The notes beneath the pieces were generated by a model that searched no databases, was not told the DNA's origin, and worked only from the letters and a program-made list of their open reading frames with translations. Both the position numbers and the translations under genes were made by a program. From Roseibacillus sp. (GTDB lineage Bacteria; Verrucomicrobiota; Verrucomicrobiia; Verrucomicrobiales; Akkermansiaceae): 64,000 bases of DNA. Below, one piece after another: positions 1 through 8,328 of this stretch. Positions within the stretch are counted from its first letter, which is position 1. Every line of letters starts with the position of its first letter. Location: positions 239,993 to 303,992 of the forward strand of contig CBDEUM010000022.1 of assembly GCA_965242925.1 (NCBI GenBank), given 5' to 3'.

Positions 1-1
1 A

Positions 2-1114
2 TACGATGTCGTCTTCATCGGGGATGTCGGCATCGGAGACGGCATGCTCACCGGGGAGCAGGCCGAACTGTTGAAGGGCCTCGTCGAAAACCAGGCATCC
101 GGCATTGTCTTCATTCCCGGTTGGCAGGGTCACCAGTTCAGCCTGCTTGATAACGAACTGGGCGGACTCCTCCCCGTTCTCCTCGACGAAGAAATGAAAA
201 CCGGCCAGGAGGAAGCCACCGATTCCCCTCTCTCGCTCACTACCGAAGGCCGTAGTTCGCTCCTCACCATGCTGGGCGACACCGAGGAGGAAAACCCCAC
301 CATCTGGCGGAGCCTGCCAGGCTTTTACTGGCATGCACCTGTCATCCGTGCCAAGAGCGGAACCGAGGTTCTTGCAGTCCATGCCAACCGCCGGCATCCC
401 AAGTACGGACACCGCGTCCCCCTCATTGTGACCAGCCGCGCCGGCAACGGGAAAGTCCTCTTCATGGGCATCGATTCCGCCTGGCGCTGGCGCCGCGGCG
501 TGGAAGACCTCTACCACTACCGCTTCTGGGGACAGGTTGCCCGCTGGATGTCCTACCAGCGCAATATGGCCGCGGGAGAGCGCGTCCGACTCTATTTCAC
601 TCCTGAGCGTCCCTCCCCCGGCGAAAACGTGACCCTCAACGCGAATGCCTTCCAGGAAAACGGCGCCCCCCTGCAGGATGGAACGGTTCTCGTTGACCTG
701 ACCGCTCCCGATGGAAGCGTACGCCGATTCGAACTGGCCAAGGAGGATGACTCATGGGGCACCTTCACCGGGCGCTTCAAAGTCACCATGCCCGGGGACT
801 GGCAGATTACCGCCCGGACATCCGAGAGCGAAAAGGGCGCGGTCCGGACCCGAATCATTGCAGAGGGAACCCAGATCGAAAAAACGGGCCACCCTGCCCG
901 CCCGGATGTGCTGGCCGAGCTCTCCCGCGTTTCACGTGGCAAACTGGTCGAAGCCTCCCAACTCAAAGCCCTGGCTCAGGAAATCTACGACCTCCCGGAA
1001 CCTCGACCCCAGATTATTCCCGAATCCCAGTGGGACAAGTGGTACATCGCCGCAGCCCTTGTCGGCCTGCTCTCCGTTTTCTGGATCGGAAGGAAGCTCA
1101 ACGGCACCTTCTAA
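2..1114 (+). CDS. C-terminal part of a large membrane protein with a glutamine-amidotransferase-like domain (PVC vWA/MoxR-cluster type); 5'-truncated by the window edge
   Basis: Frame is open from base 2 (YDVVFIGDVGIGDGM...). WRWR...YRFWGQVARW motif and a C-terminal TM helix ending RKLNGTF. Confidence 0.65.
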   Translation, partial: YDVVFIGDVGIGDGMLTGEQAELLKGLVENQASGIVFIPGWQGHQFSLLDNELGGLLPVLLDEEMKTGQEEATDSPLSLTTEGRSSLLTMLGDTEEENPTIWRSLPGFYWHAPVIRAKSGTEVLAVHANRRHPKYGHRVPLIVTSRAGNGKVLFMGIDSAWRWRRGVEDLYHYRFWGQVARWMSYQRNMAAGERVRLYFTPERPSPGENVTLNANAFQENGAPLQDGTVLVDLTAPDGSVRRFELAKEDDSWGTFTGRFKVTMPGDWQITARTSESEKGAVRTRIIAEGTQIEKTGHPARPDVLAELSRVSRGKLVEASQLKALAQEIYDLPEPRPQIIPESQWDKWYIAAALVGLLSVFWIGRKLNGTF

Positions 1115-1153
1115 CGCCCCCTTTCCCCGGCGTAGTCCGGCAGGGAAGCCGAA

Positions 1154-2098
1154 TCAAATCCCCGCCTTGCCCTGCTTGAAGAGCTCTCGCGCCTCTTCCA
1201 GATCACGCCGGATCTGCTTCTTCAACTCTTCCTGGTCCTTGAACTTCTTTTCTGATCGCAACCGCAACCCGAAATAAACCTCCACCCCGGCCTCGTAGAG
1301 ATCGCCCTCGAAATCCAGAAGGTGCACCTCCAGGAGACGCCGTTCCCCGTTCACTGTGGGCCTCACCCCCAGGTTCGCCACCCCCCGGTGTGTTTCCCTC
1401 TCCTCTCCAATGGTGGCGGTGACCGCGTAGACCCCGTCAGGTGGCAACTGCTGGTTTCCCAGCATGATGTTGGCCGTGGGCGCGCCCAGTTTGCGACCCA
1501 ACTGCTCGCCGCGCACCACCGTCCCCATCACAGTGTAAGATCGTCCAAGCATTCCCGAAGCCGCTCGCAGGTTTCCATCGCGCAACGCCCGGCGCAAACA
1601 CGTACTGCTGATCCGCTCCCCCTTCAACATGACCGGCGGCACGGCAGTCACCTCTACCCCGTGGGGTTTGCCCAGTCCCCGCAGGAGATCCATCGTTCCC
1701 CGCCGCTCCCGTCCGAATTTCCAGTCCTCGCCTGCCACCACCTGCCGCAGGGCCGCCACCGAAAAAAGGTGTTCCCCAAATTCCTCCGCCGACTGGCGCG
1801 CCATTGTCTCGTCAAAGCGCAATACCAGCAGCACTTTCACCCCCAGGGATGCCAGGAGACGCTCCTTGTGTTCCAGCGACACCAGAATCCGCCGGGGAGC
1901 CCGCCCGGGGGCCAATATCTGGATGGGATGCGGTTCAAGGGTCAGCACTCCTGCCACGCCCCCGCTCCTGCCTGCCCCTTCCACTGCCGTTCCGATCACC
2001 GCCTGATGCCCCAGATGCAGGCCGTCAAACACTCCCATGGCGAGGTGCAGAGGTCCTTGAACCTCTTCCAATTCAGCAATGGTCGACAACCGTTTCAC
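1154..2098 (-). CDS. ribF: Bifunctional riboflavin kinase/FAD synthetase
   Basis: GVFDGLHLGHQ, ISSTxxR, GRKLGAPTAN, NLGVRPTV and LEVHLLDF motifs; lies downstream of truB. Confidence 0.95.
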   Translation of the reverse strand: MKRLSTIAELEEVQGPLHLAMGVFDGLHLGHQAVIGTAVEGAGRSGGVAGVLTLEPHPIQILAPGRAPRRILVSLEHKERLLASLGVKVLLVLRFDETMARQSAEEFGEHLFSVAALRQVVAGEDWKFGRERRGTMDLLRGLGKPHGVEVTAVPPVMLKGERISSTCLRRALRDGNLRAASGMLGRSYTVMGTVVRGEQLGRKLGAPTANIMLGNQQLPPDGVYAVTATIGEERETHRGVANLGVRPTVNGERRLLEVHLLDFEGDLYEAGVEVYFGLRLRSEKKFKDQEELKKQIRRDLEEARELFKQGKAGI

Positions 2099-2117
2099 TC
2101 TCCAACTGGAAACTCTT

Positions 2118-2843
2118 TCAAGCTCCCCGCATCAACGAAATCTCTGCCAGGCTCACCATTGAGTTGATCAACTCCTGGGCCTCCGTGTTCTTCAGGGTCT
2201 CCACCTTCACCGCCCGATCGAGCGTAAACTCCCCCGACCGTGTGCGCCGCAGCGAAGAGAGATGGCCGCCACAACCCAGCGTGGATCCAATATCGTGCGC
2301 ATAGCTCCGGACGTAGAATCCCTTTGAACAGTTCACCGTGAAGTCGATCTCGGGAATTGCGATCCGGGTAAGTTCATAGGCGGTCACGTAGACGGGCCGC
2401 GGATCCCGCTTCACTTCCTTCCCCTTGCGGGCGAGCTTGTAGAGAGGCACCCCATCCTTTTTGATCGCGGAGACCATGGGCGGGATCTGTTCGAATTTGC
2501 CCGAGTATTGCTCGAATGCGGACCGAACATCGTCCTCGCTCACCCCCGTCACCTCCCGCTCCTCAATTACTTCCCCTTCCGCATCCTGTGTGCTGGTGGT
2601 CGACCCCAACGTGACGGTGCCCACATACTCCTTGTCCTCGCTCATGAGAAGATCCTGAATCTTGGTCGCGCGACCCACCACCAGCATCAGGAGCCCTGTC
2701 GCCATCGGATCCAGGGTCCCGCAATGGCCAATCTTCTTGATGCCCATGGATCGTCGCGCAATGGCAACCACGTCGTGGGAGGTCATCCCGGGATCCTTAT
2801 CCACCAGGAGCACTCCACTTGGTACAATATTCGGTTCGTTCAT
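2118..2843 (-). CDS. truB: tRNA pseudouridine(55) synthase
   Basis: DKDPGMTSHDVV, KIGHCGTLDPMATG, QIPPMVSAIK and CSKGFYVRS motifs. Start set at ATG 2843, which overlaps the nrnA stop (ATGA). Confidence 0.95.
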   Translation of the reverse strand: MNEPNIVPSGVLLVDKDPGMTSHDVVAIARRSMGIKKIGHCGTLDPMATGLLMLVVGRATKIQDLLMSEDKEYVGTVTLGSTTSTQDAEGEVIEEREVTGVSEDDVRSAFEQYSGKFEQIPPMVSAIKKDGVPLYKLARKGKEVKRDPRPVYVTAYELTRIAIPEIDFTVNCSKGFYVRSYAHDIGSTLGCGGHLSSLRRTRSGEFTLDRAVKVETLKNTEAQELINSMVSLAEISLMRGA

Positions 2844-3826
2844 TCGCTCAAAGGAGAGAGAGTTGCCTGCGCCACCCGCAGGAGCCGTGCGACCGCATCT
2901 TCCAGTGGCCCCTGCGTCCGCGCCCCAGCCGCCAGGGCATGGCCCCCGCCTCCAAACTGCGCACAAATGTCACACACGTTGACGGAGGAATCCTTGGAAC
3001 GCAGCGAGAGCCGTACTTTCCCATCCGCCATCTCCTCCACAAAGGCGCAGACGAGAACCCCTCGGATCGCACGCAGGACGTCGATCAGCCCTTCACTGTC
3101 TCCTGCCTGCATTCCCACCTGTTCCTTTGTTTTGTGGGATAGTGTCCACCACGCAATCCTGCCATCGTCGGTTAACTGCGTGGTCTCAAGGAGCGCCCGC
3201 AGCAATTCCACTCTCCGATATGGATAATCGTGGTAAAGGCGTGCAGTCAGGGACGCGACATCAAGACCCCGACCCACCAGATCAGCCGCCATCCGGTGTG
3301 TGTGCACCGTCGTGTTGGAATACTGGAACGATCCCGTGTCAGTCGAGAGAGCAACATAGAGCGCATCACGCGCCACATCGGGCAGGGGCCACTCGAGCTC
3401 CCGGATAAGGCCGTAGAGAATCTCCCCCGTGGCGGCTGCACTGGAATCAATGAGCAAGTGGTCGCCATATTCTTCGTTCGAGATGTGGTGATCGATGTTA
3501 ACCCAGAGCTTCCCCTCTCCCAGCACCTCAAGACACCCCGCGCCAAGGCGCTCCCGGTTTGCCGTGTCGAGCGCGATGACCACCTCGGTCTCTAGGGGTT
3601 CAGACGGACGCTCGATCCCCTCCACGCCATTCAGAAAAAGCAGGTTATCCGGCACGCCATCCTCGTTGAGCGCACGGACCGATTTACCCAACGCTTCCAA
3701 TACGGCCTTGAGCGCCACCTCTGACCCGATCGCATCACCATCGGGACGGGCATGACTCAGGAGCACGAAGTGCTCGTGTGTGGAGACAATCCTGAAAAGC
3801 CCGGATGCTGTGATCGGTTGACCCAT
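2840..3826 (-). CDS. nrnA: DHH/DHHA1 phosphoesterase (NrnA-type oligoribonuclease/pAp phosphatase)
   Basis: HARPDGDAIGS, NIDHH, TDTGSF and GGGGHALAAG motifs; usual position between rbfA and truB. Confidence 0.9.
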   Translation of the reverse strand: MGQPITASGLFRIVSTHEHFVLLSHARPDGDAIGSEVALKAVLEALGKSVRALNEDGVPDNLLFLNGVEGIERPSEPLETEVVIALDTANRERLGAGCLEVLGEGKLWVNIDHHISNEEYGDHLLIDSSAAATGEILYGLIRELEWPLPDVARDALYVALSTDTGSFQYSNTTVHTHRMAADLVGRGLDVASLTARLYHDYPYRRVELLRALLETTQLTDDGRIAWWTLSHKTKEQVGMQAGDSEGLIDVLRAIRGVLVCAFVEEMADGKVRLSLRSKDSSVNVCDICAQFGGGGHALAAGARTQGPLEDAVARLLRVAQATLSPLSE

Positions 3827-4053
3827 GGACGGTTGGAACGTTCAGCGGGAAGGGCGCGGATTGTCTACAACACCCGCAGGATCGCAAGCAAAAGTAGGGC
3901 TTTATGAAGGAGCCGCACCGGGGACCGGAAATCCGCGATTCCGGGCCTTCCTCTATCCCTTTCACCTGCCTGGTGTGCGACAACAGAAACCACCGTATCG
4001 TGAATCCGAAGTCCGGCGGACAAACGATGAGGATCAAGCCCTCAGGAGCCGGG

Positions 4054-5190
4054 CTACTGTTCCGGCGTCTTTTCCAGACCTTCGCCTTGAGTCCGCCCTT
4101 CCGCGGCTTCCTCGATCCCCAGCCGTTCGGCGCGAAGATACGCGGTCCGGGCTTCCTTCTCTTTTCCCATTTCAGTCAGGCATTTCCCGAATTCGAGGTG
4201 TCCATGGCCAAAATCCGGCCATGCCCGCAAGAGCTGCGAATAGGAGATCTCGGCAAGCTCCAGATTTTCCTGCTCACGGTAAAACTGGGCGAGATAGTAA
4301 AGGGCCACCGCATTCTCAGGCTGATAGTTCAGGACACGGCGACAACGGTCTGCAGCCTCCTCGGTAACGCCCCCGTGGCGTTTCTCACCGGCAACCTGAT
4401 AAGCGCTATGGATCCAGAGGTCCCGGCTGTTGCTGTCAATGGCAGCCCCCATCAATTCCTCAAACAATTCGGCGATCTCCGGGGCCAGACGTTCCACCGA
4501 ATCAACGAAAGCATCCACGATTTCATAAACGCTGAACCGGCTCAGGATTCCCTTGCCGGTGGCAAACTCCCTGTCGCTGAACAGCAGATTGCGCATTCGC
4601 GCGTGGAGCAGGTTGTAGGCGGTATCGGACAGGAAGATGCGGAAATGGTGGCCATCGCGGGAGTGAGACTCAATCCGTTTCGCCAGGTTGATCGCGTAGC
4701 CCTGCATCTTGAATCCGGATTCCAACTGCCTCGCCCAGACAGTCCCGAAATTAATCCCAACCGCAATCTCAGCCGCAGCCGAGCGGCGTTCTACCCGCTC
4801 CCGGTTAAAGGGGGATGCGAACCAGGCAGCCTTGAGCGTAATCCCGAGCGTTGCGAGAAGGTAAACATCATTTGAGGGCTTGGCAGTGTGCATGAAAAAC
4901 ACCAGCTCGTCACCTATCACAAAGTACTCGTAATCCCGGACTCGCTCATACTTCCCGCGCAGATAATGCTCAAAAAAATGCTCACACTGGACACGCACCA
5001 CCTCGTGAAACGACTCAACGTAATCCGAATATTCCTTGAGCCCGAGAACACTGGCGAACACCGATGAATCGACCAGGTCCACGAACATGATTGCCGTGTC
5101 CAGGGGCCCTTCCCACTTTGGCTGACTGCCCGCTGGCGCGCTCACTTCCTCCCGGGATTCGCCCTCGCGCTTTGACGATGAACCCATCAC
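4054..5190 (-). CDS. Class III nucleotidyl cyclase (adenylate/guanylate cyclase fold) with C-terminal TPR repeats
   Basis: IMFVDLVDSS, VIGDEL, VGINFGTV, GYAINLAKRIES and IFLSDTAY motifs, followed by TPR-like helices (PENAVALYYLAQ, WPDFGHGHLEFGKCL). Confidence 0.8.
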   Translation of the reverse strand: MMGSSSKREGESREEVSAPAGSQPKWEGPLDTAIMFVDLVDSSVFASVLGLKEYSDYVESFHEVVRVQCEHFFEHYLRGKYERVRDYEYFVIGDELVFFMHTAKPSNDVYLLATLGITLKAAWFASPFNRERVERRSAAAEIAVGINFGTVWARQLESGFKMQGYAINLAKRIESHSRDGHHFRIFLSDTAYNLLHARMRNLLFSDREFATGKGILSRFSVYEIVDAFVDSVERLAPEIAELFEELMGAAIDSNSRDLWIHSAYQVAGEKRHGGVTEEAADRCRRVLNYQPENAVALYYLAQFYREQENLELAEISYSQLLRAWPDFGHGHLEFGKCLTEMGKEKEARTAYLRAERLGIEEAAEGRTQGEGLEKTPEQ

Positions 5191-5474
5191 TCGATCTCTG
5201 CTGGGTCAGGGACATGGGGGACAACCTCAGCTGGGTCAGGGACGTTGGGGACGATCTCGGCCGGGTCGGGAACATTAGTACCCTCTGCCGGGGGGGTGGC
5301 GCCAGGATCGCTTTCCTTCTCGTCTCCAATAACCTTCCCCGTCTCCGGCGACGAGGGACCAGCTCCCCCTCCCCTGCTCGTTGTGGACGACTCCTCACAG
5401 CCCGCCGAAAAAAGGGAAACCGCACACATCACCAGCATGCACCGGAACAGAAAAAAGAATGAATTGGTCATCAT
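5187..5474 (-). CDS. Small lipoprotein with a C-terminal 10-aa repeat (NVPDPAEIVP-like, x3)
   Basis: Hydrophobic signal ending in lipobox SAGC, a low-complexity linker and a 30-bp in-frame repeat. Its stop overlaps the cyclase start (GTGA at 5187-5190). Confidence 0.65.
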   Translation of the reverse strand: MMTNSFFFLFRCMLVMCAVSLFSAGCEESSTTSRGGGAGPSSPETGKVIGDEKESDPGATPPAEGTNVPDPAEIVPNVPDPAEVVPHVPDPAEIE

Positions 5475-5515
5475 TAGATAGGTGGCTTGGTGGTTATCCT
5501 GATCTGATTATTCCC

Positions 5516-5632
5516 CTCGTCCCAACTGCATGACGAGACAAATCAATCAAGGCTGTCGGATGTCATTACTACAAACGGAAAACCAGAGGTCCGTTTTCAT
5601 AATAATCGCAAATCCGACATAATATTGTCATG
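5516..5632 (-). promoter_or_regulatory. Candidate structured leader/ncRNA (nested inverted repeats)
   Basis: Helices 5554-5561/5612-5619, 5565-5572/5599-5606 (two G-U pairs on the minus strand), 5573-5579/5590-5596 and 5529-5534/5627-5632. Confidence 0.45.
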
Positions 5633-5786
5633 GCGCAACGGGCAGAAGCGACTTTCCATCTCAGTTCACCACAACACAAAACCCCGGCAGGATCGACGTA
5701 TGCTGCCACCCAGAGTTCCTCGCTGTGATCTCCGCCCGGGATCAGCAGTGGCGCGGGCAGGCGCACCTCGAAAACACCCCGGCCAC

Positions 5787-6146
5787 CTACTCCTCTTCTT
5801 CCTGGGGTGCCGTCGGCAACTCCGCCACCTTGTCGAGCAGGTTGACGATATCCACCCCCCGCACAACCGAGTCATCGCTGAGGAAACGCAGAACGGGCGT
5901 GTTCTTCAACACCACCCGTTTCATCACCCGGCCCTGAATGGATCCGTGTTCTCCATTGAGCCGTGAAATCACCTTCCCTTCGTGCCCGCCCAGCACTCCT
6001 ATAAAGACCTTCGCCTCCTTCAGGTCCTGCGAAACCTCCACCGCATTCACTGTCACCAGTGATCCGTCCCATTCGAAATCACGCTGCAGGACACCACTGA
6101 TCTCACGCTTCAGCAGTTCGTTTACCCTGTCAGTACGTCGCGACAT
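5787..6146 (-). CDS. rbfA: Ribosome-binding factor A
   Basis: RRTDRVNELLKREIS, VEVSQDLKEAKVF and TPVLRFLSD motifs; follows infB. Confidence 0.95.
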   Translation of the reverse strand: MSRRTDRVNELLKREISGVLQRDFEWDGSLVTVNAVEVSQDLKEAKVFIGVLGGHEGKVISRLNGEHGSIQGRVMKRVVLKNTPVLRFLSDDSVVRGVDIVNLLDKVAELPTAPQEEEE

Positions 6147-6195
6147 GGATCTCCCGAATGATAAATTACCAACGCCCCAAATGGCAGCCAGAGCG

Positions 6196-8295
6196 CTAAA
6201 GGGTCTGATCGATCTTCTCGAGCTCGTAGCATTCGATTACGTCGTCGACTTCGTACTCGTTGAACTCCCCAAGCCGGATTCCGCATTCGATGCCCTGTTT
6301 GACTTCCTCCACATCATCATTGATCCGCCGCAGGGTGGACATTTTCCCGTCAAATACGGGCGTGCCATCCCTCAACACACGCGCATGCGCCGTCCGGGTC
6401 ACCTTGCCGTCCGCGACCAGGCAGCCCGCTGCCCGTCCCCGCTTGACCTTGAAAATCTGCTTCACCTCGGCATGCCCGAGAATGTTCTCTCGCAGCTCCG
6501 GTTCCAGCAGTCCCAACATGGCATCCTTCACCTGATCGATGAGTTCGTAGACAATCGAATAAAGCTTTATCTGCACACCCTCACGCTTGGCACCCTTTAC
6601 CGCGTTGCTCTCCACCTTCACGTTGAATCCCAGCACCACCGCGTCCGAACTGCTGGCCAGCAGGATGTCGGACTCGCTGATCGATCCAGCCGCCGCATGG
6701 ATAAAATTGACCTCCACCTTGTCGGACTCCACATCGCCAATCGCCCCCTTGATTGCCTCAACCGACCCCTGCACGTCACATTTCAGGATCAACTTGAGCA
6801 CCACCTTCTGGCCTCCTTCAACCATAGCCAGCATATCTTCCATGCGGCTTTTCCTGGGACGCTCCAGACGCTCCTGCCGACGCTCAAGCTGCCGCTCGTC
6901 GCTCAGCTTCTTGGCCGCCCTTTCGTGCTCCATGGCCACCAGTTCATCCCCAACGTTGGGCAGTTCGGCAAATCCAAGCACTTCCACCGGGATGGCTGGA
7001 CCGGCCTCCTCCACCTGCTCGTTCCGATCGTTGAGGAGCGACTTCACCTTACCCGCATAGGGGCCGCAGATAAACGGGGTGCCTACTTCAAGGGTTCCCG
7101 TCTCCACTATCACGGTGGCGGTCGGACCCTTCCCGGGCTGCACCTTGGCCTCAATCACGGCGGCACGCGCATTCGCTTCGGGATTCGCCTTCAGCTCCAG
7201 CACCTCCGCCTGCAATGCCATTAACTCGGCCAGTTCGTCCATTCCCTGGCCGGTGATGGCCGAGACTTCCACCGTCTCCGTGTTGCCCCCCAGATCTGTT
7301 GACATGAGGTCCTGCTCCATGAGCTGAGTCTTCACCTTCATGGGGTCGGCACCCGCCACATCGCACTTGTTGATCGCTACAATGATGGTCTTGCCCGCTG
7401 CCTTGGCGTGACTGATCGCCTCCCTGGTCTGCGGCATGATTCCGTCGTCGGCCGCCACCACCAGCACCACGATGTCCGTGACGTCCGCGCCCCGGGCCCG
7501 CATCTCCGTGAAAATCGCGTGCCCCGGTGTATCGATAAAGGTAATCGGGCGCCCTTCATGCTCCACCCGGTAGGCCCCGATGTGCTGTGTGATCCCGCCG
7601 GCTTCCCCGTCCACGACTTTCGACTTGCGGACATAGTCCAGAAGAGAGGTCTTGCCGTGATCAACGTGTCCCATGAAGGTGATGATGGGCGCCCGCAGTT
7701 CGAGCTTTTCGGCAGGCTCATGTTCCTCCGGCTCGGGCTCCTCGATGACTTCCTCCACCTTGTGGACTCCACCACCCTTCTCGCGCTTCTCGCGTTCAAA
7801 GACAAAACCGTGCTGCTCGCAGACATTTTCCGCCACTTCCGGTTCGATGGCCTGATTAGGCGCCACGAACACCTCCAACTGGATGAGATCCTTCATGATC
7901 TCAAACGGTTTCAGCCCCATCATCTCCGCAAGCACGCTCACGATGATGGGCGGCTTAATGCTGATGGTGTTTCCTTCAACCACTCCGATTTCCTCCTCCG
8001 CCTCGCCCTCTTCCAAAGGTTCCCCGCTCACGACAAAGTCCGGATCCTGGACCTCATCCGTCAGCTTCGAAATGCTCGGGAGCTGTTTCTTGCCGGACTT
8101 CTCGGTTTTTCGGACCGCCGCCGCCTTCTTCTGTTCATCCTCATCGATGATGTCGAGCGCCTCGTCCTTCTTATCCTGAACGGTCTTCTGCTCGGCTGCC
8201 TGAGCCCGCTGCCGTTCACGACGCGACGGCTTGTTCTGTTCGTCGACCAAGTCGAGAACTTCCTTCTTTTTGTCGCTGTCGCCCTTGTCCGGCAT
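6196..8295 (-). CDS. infB: Translation initiation factor IF-2
   Basis: [42 protein letters not shown] and ECGI motifs. Confidence 0.98.
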   Translation of the reverse strand: MPDKGDSDKKKEVLDLVDEQNKPSRRERQRAQAAEQKTVQDKKDEALDIIDEDEQKKAAAVRKTEKSGKKQLPSISKLTDEVQDPDFVVSGEPLEEGEAEEEIGVVEGNTISIKPPIIVSVLAEMMGLKPFEIMKDLIQLEVFVAPNQAIEPEVAENVCEQHGFVFEREKREKGGGVHKVEEVIEEPEPEEHEPAEKLELRAPIITFMGHVDHGKTSLLDYVRKSKVVDGEAGGITQHIGAYRVEHEGRPITFIDTPGHAIFTEMRARGADVTDIVVLVVAADDGIMPQTREAISHAKAAGKTIIVAINKCDVAGADPMKVKTQLMEQDLMSTDLGGNTETVEVSAITGQGMDELAELMALQAEVLELKANPEANARAAVIEAKVQPGKGPTATVIVETGTLEVGTPFICGPYAGKVKSLLNDRNEQVEEAGPAIPVEVLGFAELPNVGDELVAMEHERAAKKLSDERQLERRQERLERPRKSRMEDMLAMVEGGQKVVLKLILKCDVQGSVEAIKGAIGDVESDKVEVNFIHAAAGSISESDILLASSSDAVVLGFNVKVESNAVKGAKREGVQIKLYSIVYELIDQVKDAMLGLLEPELRENILGHAEVKQIFKVKRGRAAGCLVADGKVTRTAHARVLRDGTPVFDGKMSTLRRINDDVEEVKQGIECGIRLGEFNEYEVDDVIECYELEKIDQTL

Positions 8296-8328
8296 GGTGA
8301 CCCTCTAAACCTCTCTAACTTACCGTGA

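Noticed and set aside
2840..3826. DHH phosphoesterase as the cyclase's dedicated signal-degrading partner
   Set aside because: nrnA is a normal member of the rbfA-truB-ribF operon, so adjacency is explained by the insertion site.
4054..5190. Canonical Pycsar or CBASS system
   Set aside because: No TIR or TM cNMP-binding effector next to it; the fold is class III cyclase plus TPR, not CD-NTase.
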